Origin: a bacterium
Lineage (GTDB): Bacteria; SZUA-182; DTGQ01
Reading direction: 5' to 3'
DNA length: 64,000 bases
NCBI GenBank assembly: GCA_040752695.1
Contig: JBFMGO010000013.1
Span: forward strand, 15,858-79,857
Shown here: positions 1-10,081 of the stretch, one piece after another
Numbering within the stretch: the stretch's first letter is position 1
Layout of the letters: every line of letters begins with the position of its first letter
Program-made: the position numbers and the translations under genes
The notes under the pieces: generated by a model
The model's database searches: none
Told to the model about the DNA's origin: nothing
The model's input: the letters and a program-made list of their open reading frames with translations, nothing else

Positions 1-1
1 T

Positions 2-1153
2 GATCAATTGGCTGAGATAGCCGTGATAAGCTTCAAGGCTGTCAGGATTCTCCAGCAGTTTGGCAATCAGTGGCCGGTCACTCAGTTTGCCCATGGTAGG
101 CTCGTCAATCATAAACTCTATTATTCCGGTACGGTTGCCACTCATACTGAAGGCGCCGAAAGACATATTTAAATCCCAGGGGATAAGGGTAAAAAGCCCA
201 TTTTCTTCGTAGAGATAGTAATTTTGTGCAAAAGACCCCTGATAGCTGTCAAGGTTGGTCAAAGCAGTGCTGACAGCAAGATAGCGAAGCATCGCATCGA
301 CATTCACTACCTGTTCGTAATCACTGCCATTATCCAACTCATCGAGCATGGTCAATAGGGCACTGTGATCGCTGGTGTCCTCATTGGTTTTCAACTCCAG
401 CGTTGTATAGCTGTCGATATTGTCTCCCTTCCAGAGTAAATCGCTCCCCATTTCCGCTTTATACAGGTCGCCGTCGCCCCGCTCAAAATGAGCTTTAACA
501 AATTCATCATCCACCGCTTCCACGGCTGTATAAAGTCCAAGGTGCTCATTATTTATGGAAAGGTCGATAAAAGCGGTTCGTGGTGTAGGAAGGTCCATAG
601 CCCGCATCAAATCATAGGAGAGATACTCCCTCATAAAGGTCGGATCACTAAAGCCGTTGTTAAGGCAGAGCTTCTCAATCCCACGGAGATCCTGTCCCTT
701 AACGTAATGGTTCATATCAATCTTGAAGCTGTAACGATTGGAATTCGGATTGCCAGCCACACTCATGAGACTGGATTGTCCCTTGGTTCGAACGGCCACC
801 TTATCGAGCCTGATGCCATTATATACGATATTGCCCTCTTGGTATTCCTCTGCCTGTGGATCAGCCAGCATTGCCTGCCATGCCTCATCACTCAGCTCCA
901 ACCGGACTTCTACGACTCTGTCAGATAAAAATAGCCCGGTTTCCACATTTTCCTCTTCCTCTCTTGGATCTTGTTCAATCTCGGAATTAGAATCCAGCCC
1001 AGTCTGAGAACTGGATTCTTGTTCAATCTGGAAGCTGGAATCTGGCTCCGTCTGGGGAACCGTTACCTCGCCATTGTCAAGACATGCTGAGAGGAACAAG
1101 GTGCAGACAAATATGGCAATCAATTTGACAGTGTGCTTCAAGTTTTTATCCAC
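2..1153 (-). CDS. CotH kinase family lipoprotein (3' end runs off the window)
   Basis: Not in the ORF track; translated by hand from GTG at 1153 (GAGG RBS at 1160-1163). MDKNLKHTVKLIAIFVCTLFLSAC gives a lipobox, followed by CotH motifs GIRLKG..S, RYSFKID, LNNGFSDPTFMREYLSY, GLYTAVE, DSYQGSFAQNYYLY and IPWDLNMSFG. The same frame is read at the window edge. Confidence 0.85.
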   Translation of the reverse strand, partial: MDKNLKHTVKLIAIFVCTLFLSACLDNGEVTVPQTEPDSSFQIEQESSSQTGLDSNSEIEQDPREEEENVETGLFLSDRVVEVRLELSDEAWQAMLADPQAEEYQEGNIVYNGIRLDKVAVRTKGQSSLMSVAGNPNSNRYSFKIDMNHYVKGQDLRGIEKLCLNNGFSDPTFMREYLSYDLMRAMDLPTPRTAFIDLSINNEHLGLYTAVEAVDDEFVKAHFERGDGDLYKAEMGSDLLWKGDNIDSYTTLELKTNEDTSDHSALLTMLDELDNGSDYEQVVNVDAMLRYLAVSTALTNLDSYQGSFAQNYYLYEENGLFTLIPWDLNMSFGAFSMSGNRTGIIEFMIDEPTMGKLSDRPLIAKLLENPDSLEAYHGYLSQLI

Positions 1154-1277
1154 TGGGTACCTCACTGTTAAAATAGTTCGTTATTAAGCGTTTGAATGAA
1201 ACATGGAGATTATCGCCCTGCTTATTACGCACTGCGCCTTTTGCTGTACAGCTTTTCTGAAATCTTTATCATTAAAC

Positions 1278-1293
1278 TCAAATATCGTGCCAA
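1278..1293 (-). promoter_or_regulatory. sigma54-type -24/-12 promoter (TTGGCACGATATTTGA)
   Basis: TGGCACG core with GG-N10-GA spacing, about 125 bp upstream of the CotH start. Confidence 0.65.
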
Positions 1294-1465
1294 GTGTCCC
1301 TGCATAATATAAGCTATTGAAAAAATATGCGTATCATAGACTTGTCATATCCCGATCGATTCGCCCATTCAGTCGGTTTTCAAGACAAGGTGGACGAATG
1401 ATGAGGGAGGTGCGGGAGGCTTATAGTACAGGGATTGGAAGCTACACAGGAGAAAACAAAGACAA

Positions 1466-1499
1466 AAGAGGGCACAGTCAGCAGTGACTGTGCCCTCTT
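1466..1499 (-). terminator. Rho-independent terminator
   Basis: Inverted repeat AAGAGGGCACAGTCA/TGACTGTGCCCTCTT followed by a T-tract on the minus strand, just after the stop at 1521. Confidence 0.85.
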
Positions 1500-1520
1500 A
1501 TCCAGTTATAACGGTGAATG

Positions 1521-4500
1521 TTAATCCAGACAGCTTGGCTGTGTTAAATATTTTTTAAAGATACAAAGAGCGTCCGATGGAGTAACACTGCCATCCATGT
1601 TTACATCAGCATTATCGGAGCAGGTGGCTAATCCAAGGTAGCACTGAAACGCAGCAAGAGAATCTGCCGGAGTAATATTTCCATCTCCGTTAAGATCGCC
1701 ATTGTTGGGCTGTACAGGGGGATTATTTACATCAGGGCCGGTCTGGCTTACAAAATTCGAGGAGCCGGGAGTAGCATTTTCAAAAAACACCCAGGATTCA
1801 CCACCATCATACATCCTCCCTTGAGAAATATTCGTGGTCTGCTGTTCAAATACCACGGTATCAATGGCCACATTCCCCTTTGCCTCCGTATCGAACAGCC
1901 CAATTGCTTCACCGCCCTTGCCGAGTTTGAAGTTAGTATGAGTATTGCCCTGCTTTTGATCTTCATCGGCCCAGAAAATCAGATAACCTCTGGCCGGGAT
2001 GCTGACTCCCTCCGGGATCTGCCACTTGGTCGGATTATTCAGATCATCGGTCAGATACATCCCAGCCATAAGTACAGGCGAATCAGCCGGATTATAAATT
2101 TCGATCCAATCCTCAAAACTCCCTGGTTCATCAGGGTCTTCGATCGTGTTGTCATTGTCAGCCATAAACTCGTTAATAAAGAGTAAAGAAGTTGACCCAA
2201 CCGGTGGCTGGAGTCCCGCGGTATCACCTGCCAGGATTTCAAATGCGGCTGATTTGGTAAAGGTTATACCCTGCCCGCCCTGCATCGTGCCCCCGGCGAC
2301 TGAAGCCTGAGCACCATCTGGGAATTGAAATCCGGCTGGCGGCTGGGCGCCGCTTGGAGGCTGAAATCCCGCAGGCGGCTGGATACCGCCCGGAGGCTGG
2401 AACCCCGTGGGTAGCTGAGTACCACCTGGAGGCTGGAATCCGGTCGGTGGCTGCATATCAGTTGGAAACTGAAATCCGGCCGGTGGCTGGATACCGCCTG
2501 GCATCTGGCCACCAATAGGCTGTTGAAAGCCACCTGTCCCCGATATCTGCGGTGCAGGAAATTCGATGGATACATCCTTCATTCCAGGTGGTTCGTTTCC
2601 TGGAATGTCAAATATGGACGTTATCTCCAGTCCATTGCGACTTGTGTCTTTCCCTGTCAGAGTACCAATCTTCACACTCGATGGCAGTGTATCAGAAGGA
2701 AACATGGTAATCATCCGTTGATTTAACGTTATGGTAACCACTACACCCATATCACCCTGTTTCGCTTGAAGAGGAGAGATAAGTTCAATCGCTGACGGCG
2801 CTTCATTTGCTGACGGCGCTTCGCCTCCGGAAACTGTCCCTGATCCAGGATTCTCACCAACGGAACCGTTCCCAGGGTAATGAGAAAGGAGATTATCGCC
2901 ATTCGGAGTCGGCCAGGGCAATATCTGGAATGGGCCTGTTCCGTTCGGATTTCTCCCATAGGATACATTCGCCTCTTGTTTTCCAAATGCGACCAGATCG
3001 ATAAGGTCATTCCCCAACTCGTCCGTATTCACCAGCATGACGCTTTCCCCATCGGTCGAGAGCTTGAAATTGGCGTGGAGACCAGGCGTATCGTTGTCAT
3101 CTTCATCCGCCCAGATTATGAGATAAGCTCCGGGGTCCAGTGTTGTCCCTTGCGGTATTTTCCATTTTCGCGGTGTGTCTTCCGTATCGCTCAGATACAT
3201 TCCCGAAAGATCTATCCGCTGATCGCCGACATTCAAAAGCTCGATCCAATCCTCATACTCTCCCTGCGGGTCCTGGATAGTTGCTTCGTTCTTCGCCATC
3301 ACCTCATTGATGACAACAGGAGTGTATTCGTCGGTGGCTATGAATACACGGTATGCGAATACGCGATCTTCGGCCCCGGATGGCGCAAAGGTGCTGCTTT
3401 GAGCGGTATCAGTGGCAGGTGCTCCCTGTGCCGCAGGGGCTCCCTGGACTATGGAGCCCTGGGAAGCACGGGCTTCAACGTAATAACGGACCAGACTGCC
3501 AGCAGGGAAAGGAGGAATTATGCCGCCGAAGATCCCATCGCCCGCTTCGCCATCTCCATGTGCACCATCATCGAACATGGAAACCTGCACGAATGGACCA
3601 GCAACCCCTTGAGCGTAGTGAAGGATCACCTCCAGGCTGCCGCCCGCTCCTTCAACATCGGCTGTTATTTCTACGGATTGCCAGGAGAAAGGCGACTCAC
3701 CAGCTTCCGGCGTTATGGTACGGACAACTGAATAAATGTGAGGAACCTGCCTGTTTATCTCCGCGTAGTTGAGCAGGTAATCCCGGCGATTATTGATAAA
3801 ATCCTCGATATCCGTGAAACTTGCTTCAAATTGATCATTGGAATACAATTTCTTGGTATCCGCCCTGACTTCATCGGCAATCAGTGCCTTATACGCTTCA
3901 ATTTTCGGTGCGAGGGCGTTCCAATTGAACCATTCGTCTAAAATGGTCCTCACGTGTGCCAGGTAACGCTGACGAAACTGAGGGACGGCTAAAAGCCTGC
4001 TTATTACAGGCCGGCTTGCACTGTTCGTGCCTTCAACCGGACTCAGGTTGATAAAACGAGCATCGAAGGTCTCATTGCCATCGTGTTCCAAGGGATGGAT
4101 TCGACCTGTTTCCACTTCGTAATAGATCTGATAATCCCAGCCCTTAGTAAGATAGCCATCCTCGTCCGTAAAGATGTTTTCCACTGCCAGAAACCATAGC
4201 CATCGATCGACAGCCAGGACAGTGTCCACAACGCCCGGCAGTTGCTCCAGGGGCGTATTATTCAGGATGTTACAGGTCGTTATCAGGTGCCCCCACGGAT
4301 CATCTGTTTTCGCTGTCTTTAATTCGTAGGCCCGTTCATATGCAGTTGTGTCAGTTCCTAACCAACTTAAAGCGCCGTCACTACCACCAAACATCATGAT
4401 ATTACCACCGCCAATTCCACCACCAAACCTTCCACCGGCATCAATCATGTTAGCATCAACAAACGCCCCGCCAAAGCCACCCGTACCCCATCCAGCAGTA

Positions 4501-5924
4501 CCCCAGGCACCCCATGCAACAGCTCCGCCCGTGCCGCCGGCAGCAGGAACCATGTTGGGATCACCAGCCGGCATCGCCCAGGGCGTACCGCCTGGAACCA
4601 TGCCGCCAGGAACCGTACCACCTGGAACCGTACCGCCAGGGGCCGTACCACCAGGAATCATGCCGCCAAAAAAGCCAATTGTACCGCCGGCGGCAGGAAC
4701 CATGTTGGGATCGCCAACTGGCATCGCCCAGGGCATGCCACCAGGTACCATGCCGCCAGGAATTGTACTACCAAGAACTGTACCACCAGGAATCATGCCA
4801 CCAAAAAAGCCAATTGTACCGCCGGCGGCAGGAACCATGTTGGGATCGCCAACTGGCATCGCCCAGGGCATGCCACCAGGTACTCCAGGAACCGTACTAC
4901 CAGGAACCATACCGCCAGGAACCATACCGCCAACCATACCGCCTGCACCAGGAACCATGTTGGGATCGCCAATTGGCATCACTCCAGGTTGACCTTGAAG
5001 GTTCGTCCAGAAGTCCATAAGAATGGTATAATCATCTTCCGTAATCTGGCCATCACCATTCATATCCATCGCCATAGGACTGGCTGCCCATTCCTCAAAA
5101 GACATCTGTTGCGGGAATCGATTGGAAGGAAACCTCTGGCTGCGCATAAGAATGGTATAATCTTCCTCCGTAATCAGGCCGTCACCATTCGCATCCTGCG
5201 CCTCAGGACTATCCAGCCAATCTGAAAATGACGGCTGCTGAGCGGCGGTAAAAACTCCTCCCTGGCCGCCACCCATTCCCCCTCCTACCTTCCAGCGGTC
5301 ACCATCACTGCTTTGGAACCATTCTTCGATGAGGTCTGAATTGTTTTGTTGCGCATTGACGTAAATTCCCCAATTCTCGCCGTTAATGATCAGCTTGACA
5401 AAATTTGCTTTAGGGCATGGTATATATTTTCTCGCAATATCGAAATAGAGTACCTCGCGAATAAACGAGGGGTCCAAAGCGGCGTTATTCAGATTCAAGG
5501 TCTTATATCCCATCAGTCTTTGATCAGGATCTGTTTCATCGATCTCGATGTTAAAAGATTTCTTCTGGGAATTTCCTGCCATCATATATGATGTCATTCC
5601 CTTGAATCTGACACCAACACCATGATACGTAACCCCATCCATGGTAAGATCAGCCAGAACATTCGCGTCTCCACCTGCGTTGTGGTTATTTATCATCTGC
5701 TGCCACCAGTCCTGCTGGGCAAAATCAAGGCTTATCGTACGTAATACAGTCTCGTCATATAGGCTGGATTTGGCTGGAGCAGCCGTATCGGAAACTATCT
5801 CGTCTATTGCTGTTGACTCAGTTATTACCGCCTGTTGTGCTCCTCCAGCATACCCTGCTGATAAATAAAACACAGCCAGTGCTGCTGCAAAGGTTACATA
5901 TTTTCGTATCGTGAAACTCTTCAT
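1521..5924 (-). CDS. Large secreted CotH kinase with lamin-tail domains and C-terminal dockerin
   Basis: Signal peptide; CotH motifs GVRFKG, KKSFNI, LNLNN..DPSFIRE and HDGNETF; FDDGAHGDGEAGDG module; two LTDs (INEVMA..DWIEL, INEFMA..DWIEIYN); terminal GDLNGDG..ADVNMDG dockerin pair. Confidence 0.85.
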   Translation of the reverse strand: MKSFTIRKYVTFAAALAVFYLSAGYAGGAQQAVITESTAIDEIVSDTAAPAKSSLYDETVLRTISLDFAQQDWWQQMINNHNAGGDANVLADLTMDGVTYHGVGVRFKGMTSYMMAGNSQKKSFNIEIDETDPDQRLMGYKTLNLNNAALDPSFIREVLYFDIARKYIPCPKANFVKLIINGENWGIYVNAQQNNSDLIEEWFQSSDGDRWKVGGGMGGGQGGVFTAAQQPSFSDWLDSPEAQDANGDGLITEEDYTILMRSQRFPSNRFPQQMSFEEWAASPMAMDMNGDGQITEDDYTILMDFWTNLQGQPGVMPIGDPNMVPGAGGMVGGMVPGGMVPGSTVPGVPGGMPWAMPVGDPNMVPAAGGTIGFFGGMIPGGTVLGSTIPGGMVPGGMPWAMPVGDPNMVPAAGGTIGFFGGMIPGGTAPGGTVPGGTVPGGMVPGGTPWAMPAGDPNMVPAAGGTGGAVAWGAWGTAGWGTGGFGGAFVDANMIDAGGRFGGGIGGGNIMMFGGSDGALSWLGTDTTAYERAYELKTAKTDDPWGHLITTCNILNNTPLEQLPGVVDTVLAVDRWLWFLAVENIFTDEDGYLTKGWDYQIYYEVETGRIHPLEHDGNETFDARFINLSPVEGTNSASRPVISRLLAVPQFRQRYLAHVRTILDEWFNWNALAPKIEAYKALIADEVRADTKKLYSNDQFEASFTDIEDFINNRRDYLLNYAEINRQVPHIYSVVRTITPEAGESPFSWQSVEITADVEGAGGSLEVILHYAQGVAGPFVQVSMFDDGAHGDGEAGDGIFGGIIPPFPAGSLVRYYVEARASQGSIVQGAPAAQGAPATDTAQSSTFAPSGAEDRVFAYRVFIATDEYTPVVINEVMAKNEATIQDPQGEYEDWIELLNVGDQRIDLSGMYLSDTEDTPRKWKIPQGTTLDPGAYLIIWADEDDNDTPGLHANFKLSTDGESVMLVNTDELGNDLIDLVAFGKQEANVSYGRNPNGTGPFQILPWPTPNGDNLLSHYPGNGSVGENPGSGTVSGGEAPSANEAPSAIELISPLQAKQGDMGVVVTITLNQRMITMFPSDTLPSSVKIGTLTGKDTSRNGLEITSIFDIPGNEPPGMKDVSIEFPAPQISGTGGFQQPIGGQMPGGIQPPAGFQFPTDMQPPTGFQPPGGTQLPTGFQPPGGIQPPAGFQPPSGAQPPAGFQFPDGAQASVAGGTMQGGQGITFTKSAAFEILAGDTAGLQPPVGSTSLLFINEFMADNDNTIEDPDEPGSFEDWIEIYNPADSPVLMAGMYLTDDLNNPTKWQIPEGVSIPARGYLIFWADEDQKQGNTHTNFKLGKGGEAIGLFDTEAKGNVAIDTVVFEQQTTNISQGRMYDGGESWVFFENATPGSSNFVSQTGPDVNNPPVQPNNGDLNGDGNITPADSLAAFQCYLGLATCSDNADVNMDGSVTPSDALCIFKKYLTQPSCLD

Positions 5925-6253
5925 AACCTTATCTTCCTCTTTCTCTATAGTATAATATAATTTTATTGGTGGGAATTTTTATTTTGTATGTAAGGCTTCC
6001 CAGGAGCTAAGTACAGACAGCGATAAAAAAACGACAGGATAAACCGATATCAACAAAGCACACTAATCGTTATTCCGAATGAAATCGGAAATGACAGGTG
6101 GCCGCGATTTTGCTTGAGAGTGTCCGCAAAAAGGACAAGGTCAACCAAACGCGTAATTCCCGCGGCCTGCACTAAGTCTCCTCTTACAATAACTCTCTCC
6201 CCTTCAGGGGCAATGTTATTAACTTTTGATTTCCATACCATTCCCTTTCCCTG

Positions 6254-7507
6254 TTACGCCGGATTGAAAAAGCCCACCCCCCCAGCGTCTTTCCTAAAAA
6301 TTAACGTTACGTTACGCGAGGCTGAAGCATTTGGGCAGGGTGGGTAATTGCTGCCACTTAGAAATATGCCTTTATCATCATCCAGGGCAAATTCCCGGTC
6401 AAAGAGTAAAGTTACCTGACGAAAAAGAAGCGATGGAGGAGATGTTCCATTAGCCCTACCAGGAGTTGGAGTCAGAGTCTGACTATCTCCCGTGCCATCG
6501 GGCAGGCGGCCGAAGCTCGTGCCGCCTGGCGCATCCCCTGCCTGCCAGTCCAGTACATCCACAATGTTGGAATCCAGATAATAGAGCGTAACACAGTCAT
6601 CAGAGCCTAGTTTAAATGGTACATAATACGAGCCATCATCAGGCTCTTTATCCGTAGCCTGGATAACGATAAATTCCCCAGGCTCTAAAAGAACAGTGGG
6701 CAGGGGTGCAGGCTCACGCCCTTCACTATCGTCAACCAGCGAGTAATCTCCCAGAGAAACCGGCTCCTCACCAGTGACATAAAGCTCAATCCAGTCACTG
6801 CCGCCGCCAGCGTCATTGGCTGCAATCTCGTTGATGACCAGCGCAGGTTTTGCAGCCCCTGACGGCGGAGTTTCATTTGAAGGCGGAGTTTCACCTGAAG
6901 GCGGGGTTTCCCCGACCGGCGGAGTCTCACCGGATGCGGCAGCAGCCTTGTTCATTGCATTCGGAGTCGGAGTCAGGGTTTGACTATCTCCCGTGCCATC
7001 GGGCAGGCGGCCGAAGCTCGTGCCGCCTGGCGCATCCCCTGCCTGCCAGTCCAGTATATCCACACGATAAAAATCCAGATAATAAAGAGTGACGCAGTCA
7101 TCAGGGCCCAGTTTGAATGGTACATAATAGGAACCATCTTCAGGCTCTTTATCTCCTGCCTGGATAACGATAAATTTACCGGGCTTTAACGTAATGTCAG
7201 GCAAAGGTTCGAGCTTACGACCTTCGTTATCGTCAACCAGGGAATAATCTCCCAGGAAAACCGGCTCATCACCGATGACATAAAGCTCAATCCAGTCATT
7301 GCCTCCATCAGAACTCTCGGCTAGGACTTCGTTGATGACCAACCCGCCAGGGCCGCTCTTAACCTGGTCACCACATGCCAATTGAAATAACATGCCTATG
7401 AATACTGCAATCAGTCCAATTTGCCTTAGCTTTTTACTCACCGGGCACTTTAGCCTTTCATGGTTAATTATTTCTGTACTGTTGTTCACTCCGAATCCAT
7501 AGTGCAC
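6254..7507 (-). CDS. Lamin-tail-domain lipoprotein (two tandem LTDs)
   Basis: Hydrophobic segment ending QLAC; two INE..DWIELY..SFGRLPDG..PTP domains separated by a GETPPS repeat linker. Confidence 0.8.
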   Translation of the reverse strand: MHYGFGVNNSTEIINHERLKCPVSKKLRQIGLIAVFIGMLFQLACGDQVKSGPGGLVINEVLAESSDGGNDWIELYVIGDEPVFLGDYSLVDDNEGRKLEPLPDITLKPGKFIVIQAGDKEPEDGSYYVPFKLGPDDCVTLYYLDFYRVDILDWQAGDAPGGTSFGRLPDGTGDSQTLTPTPNAMNKAAAASGETPPVGETPPSGETPPSNETPPSGAAKPALVINEIAANDAGGGSDWIELYVTGEEPVSLGDYSLVDDSEGREPAPLPTVLLEPGEFIVIQATDKEPDDGSYYVPFKLGSDDCVTLYYLDSNIVDVLDWQAGDAPGGTSFGRLPDGTGDSQTLTPTPGRANGTSPPSLLFRQVTLLFDREFALDDDKGIFLSGSNYPPCPNASASRNVTLIFRKDAGGVGFFNPA

Positions 7508-7568
7508 CTTTTAAACCTTCACCTTCTGTTCTGTGATAGAGTTTCCCCCACGTCTATGATCCTTTTGC

Positions 7569-7584
7569 TCAATTATCGTGCCAA
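7569..7584 (-). promoter_or_regulatory. sigma54-type promoter (TTGGCACGATAATTGA)
   Basis: GG-N10-GA, 15/16 identical to the site at 1278. Confidence 0.65.
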
Positions 7585-7807
7585 ACCGATCTGGTCGGTA
7601 TAACATATTGGAAATTAATCAATAGCATTAGGGTTACCAGAGAATGGGGAGATTGGTAAATTCGACCGAACGGACGGTTTGTAAAACCAAACGGGCGAGT
7701 CATAATCAACATAAGGATTTTATGAAGGAAATACCAACTCCCTCTTTTCTATAGGAAGGAGACTGGGGGAGAGGAAGCAGTATCTAAGCCGAAGTAAGAC
7801 ATATGTT

Positions 7808-9211
7808 TCAAGACCGGTCAGATTTATTCTTCAGCCCCAATTTTTCCAGTCGGGAGCGCAGGTGCCTCTCCGTGATGCCTAACAGTCTGGCTGCTGCACT
7901 TTGGTTCCCATTGCTGCGTTTCATTGCTTCTTTAACCATTTCACCCTCGAAGGCTCTCATTTTCTCTCCATAACCATCAGATATATTGCAGGGATTTAAG
8001 ATCTCTTTTCCGGAAACGGTCTGGAGTTGTCCAGGTAAGTCATTCTGCGTGATATACTCAGTCCTGCACAGGACCACAGCTCGTTCAATGATATTTTCCA
8101 GTTCGCGAACATTTCCCCGGTATTCGTATTTCATAAGGTGATCCAATGCTTCTCGAGTAATACCTTTAAGCTTTTTATTATTTTCACTGGAAAATTTTTC
8201 AATAAATTGGTCGATTAATACGGGAATATCCCTTTTTCGACGCCGCAGCGGCGGAAGCCATACCGTGACCACATTGAGGCGATAATACAGGTCCTCTCGA
8301 AATTCTCCGTTTTTGATCATTTCTTCAAGGTTCCTATTGGTGGCTGCAACGATGCGCACATCTACCTGAATGGTTTTATTCCCACCCAGTCGCTCGATTT
8401 GTCCAAATTGAATGGCCCGCAATAATTTCACCTGAACTGACAGAGGGATATCACCAACTTCGTCAATAAATAACGTCCCGCCATTGGCCTGTTCGAAACG
8501 GCCGATTCTCTGCTGTGTTGCGCCGGTGAAGGCTCCTTTCTCATGGCCGAATAATTCACTCTCCAGCAGACTTTCCGATAAGGCAGCTACATTTACCACT
8601 ACCCAGGGTCTATTCTTTCTGGGACTGGCATAATGAATCGCTCTTGCGATCAATTCCTTGCCAGTACCGCTTTCCCCGCGCACCAGAACGGTCGTTTTAC
8701 TTGGTGCAACCCGGCCTGCCATGTTCAGTACCTCTTCCATGTCACTACTTTGGGAAAAAATACCATCGAGTTTACATCTATCCTGCAACTGCTGCTTCAG
8801 GTTTCGGTTTTCAGCGACGAGCTGCCGCTTTTCCCGTACCCGTTTGATAAGATGTTCCAGTTCATCCAGATCCACCGGTTTAGCCAGATAATCATAGGCA
8901 CCAGCTTTCATAATTTCTACAGCATTCTCAACACTTTCATATCCCTGGTCGTTATAATGGCCGGTCATGATAATCACTTCAATGTCCGGATTGACCTCTT
9001 TGACATTTTTTAAAACCGTAAGCCCATCACATTCAGGCATACGAAGGTCCGATATCACCAGATCGATAGTATTTTTTCGGACGATTTCACAGCCGATTCG
9101 ACCATTTGCGGCAGTGAAGACTCCATAGCCCTGACGGGTTAAAAAAGTGTTGAGTAATTTTAGCTGTTCATCTTCATCGTCTATTAATAAAATAGTTAAG
9201 GGCATAGTCAT
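7808..9211 (-). CDS. NtrC-family sigma54-dependent response regulator (REC-AAA+-HTH)
   Basis: REC domain, GESGTGKE Walker A, intact [25 protein letters not shown], Fis-type HTH. Confidence 0.97.
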   Translation of the reverse strand: MTMPLTILLIDDEDEQLKLLNTFLTRQGYGVFTAANGRIGCEIVRKNTIDLVISDLRMPECDGLTVLKNVKEVNPDIEVIIMTGHYNDQGYESVENAVEIMKAGAYDYLAKPVDLDELEHLIKRVREKRQLVAENRNLKQQLQDRCKLDGIFSQSSDMEEVLNMAGRVAPSKTTVLVRGESGTGKELIARAIHYASPRKNRPWVVVNVAALSESLLESELFGHEKGAFTGATQQRIGRFEQANGGTLFIDEVGDIPLSVQVKLLRAIQFGQIERLGGNKTIQVDVRIVAATNRNLEEMIKNGEFREDLYYRLNVVTVWLPPLRRRKRDIPVLIDQFIEKFSSENNKKLKGITREALDHLMKYEYRGNVRELENIIERAVVLCRTEYITQNDLPGQLQTVSGKEILNPCNISDGYGEKMRAFEGEMVKEAMKRSNGNQSAAARLLGITERHLRSRLEKLGLKNKSDRS

Positions 9212-9542
9212 AAGTAAGGATTCCTATGGTAGTTGTTCACGGAAGTTATTCATGGTAACTGTTCATGGTAATTGTCCCGATAAGAAAACTATTCCCGCTG
9301 ACGAGGGGGGTATTCTTGATTCTGTTTTTCCATAAAGGATTAAACTGGTGAGTTTATCGAAAATACCGCCTTGTTTCGGGCAATCGGCTTGGGGTAATTC
9401 CACCATTCCTTATGCCTCCTTTCTTGTTTTTTCGGGCATAAGGCAGTTAGAATTCACCCCATCTATTAATATCCGTTCCGGTCCAAAATCTGTTCCGGTC
9501 TCTATTGATTCTTAATCAAGGGTGGTTCTGTTATATCCATAA

Positions 9543-9558
9543 TCAAATATTGTGCCAG
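9543..9558 (-). promoter_or_regulatory. sigma54-type promoter (CTGGCACAATATTTGA)
   Basis: GG-N10-GA, third copy of the motif, upstream of the activator gene. Confidence 0.55.
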
Positions 9559-9867
9559 ATTACCTCTATGAAACCCAGTCATTCAAGACTTTGAAAACCA
9601 ATGCACAATACATAAGGAACACAGAAGGGAATCTTTTCATTTATACGACCAATTGGTCGAACGACTCAAAAAACCGGATGAATAACTCAGAAAATAGAAG
9701 CAATAAAATCGGTTGATGTAACGATCGCCTGTCAGATAATTGTGAATTCCCAAAACATCCTGTGGCTCCTCCGACAAGCAACCAATTTAGTGCAAGTCCG
9801 GCCTTCGATCGACCTCTGTAATGCTACGTGTCTATAGTAATTCGACTAAAAGCATACGGGAGTTTAC

Positions 9868-9883
9868 AGGCATTGTTTTTGCA
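9868..9883 (+). promoter_or_regulatory. possible sigma54 promoter (AGGCATTGTTTTTGCA)
   Basis: Canonical GG-N10-GC about 200 bp upstream of the TonB receptor. Confidence 0.45.
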
Positions 9884-10081
9884 GATAGTAAGTATACTGG
9901 CCGGGAATTCCCCAGCCAATTATGGAATGGGGCCATGAGTCGACCAAGGAACGAAGGGGAGAAATGTCGTTCAGGTAATGAAGAACGAGTGGTGGCCTAT
10001 CATGACCTATCGTAAGGTAATTATCGCCTATCAGGTTTCCCGCTTCGCTCGAAATGATAAAAAAGCTTTAGGGAGGAATGC

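Noticed and set aside
4348..5020. Long antisense ORFs (also 488-928, 2880-3731, 22012-22839, 36423-37181, 49996-51132, 52548-54515)
   Set aside because: Shadow frames of well-supported genes on the opposite strand
6460..7340. Diversity-generating retroelement TR/VR pair in the duplicated LTDs
   Set aside because: Differences are not adenine-specific, both copies are in-frame coding, and no reverse transcriptase is present in the window
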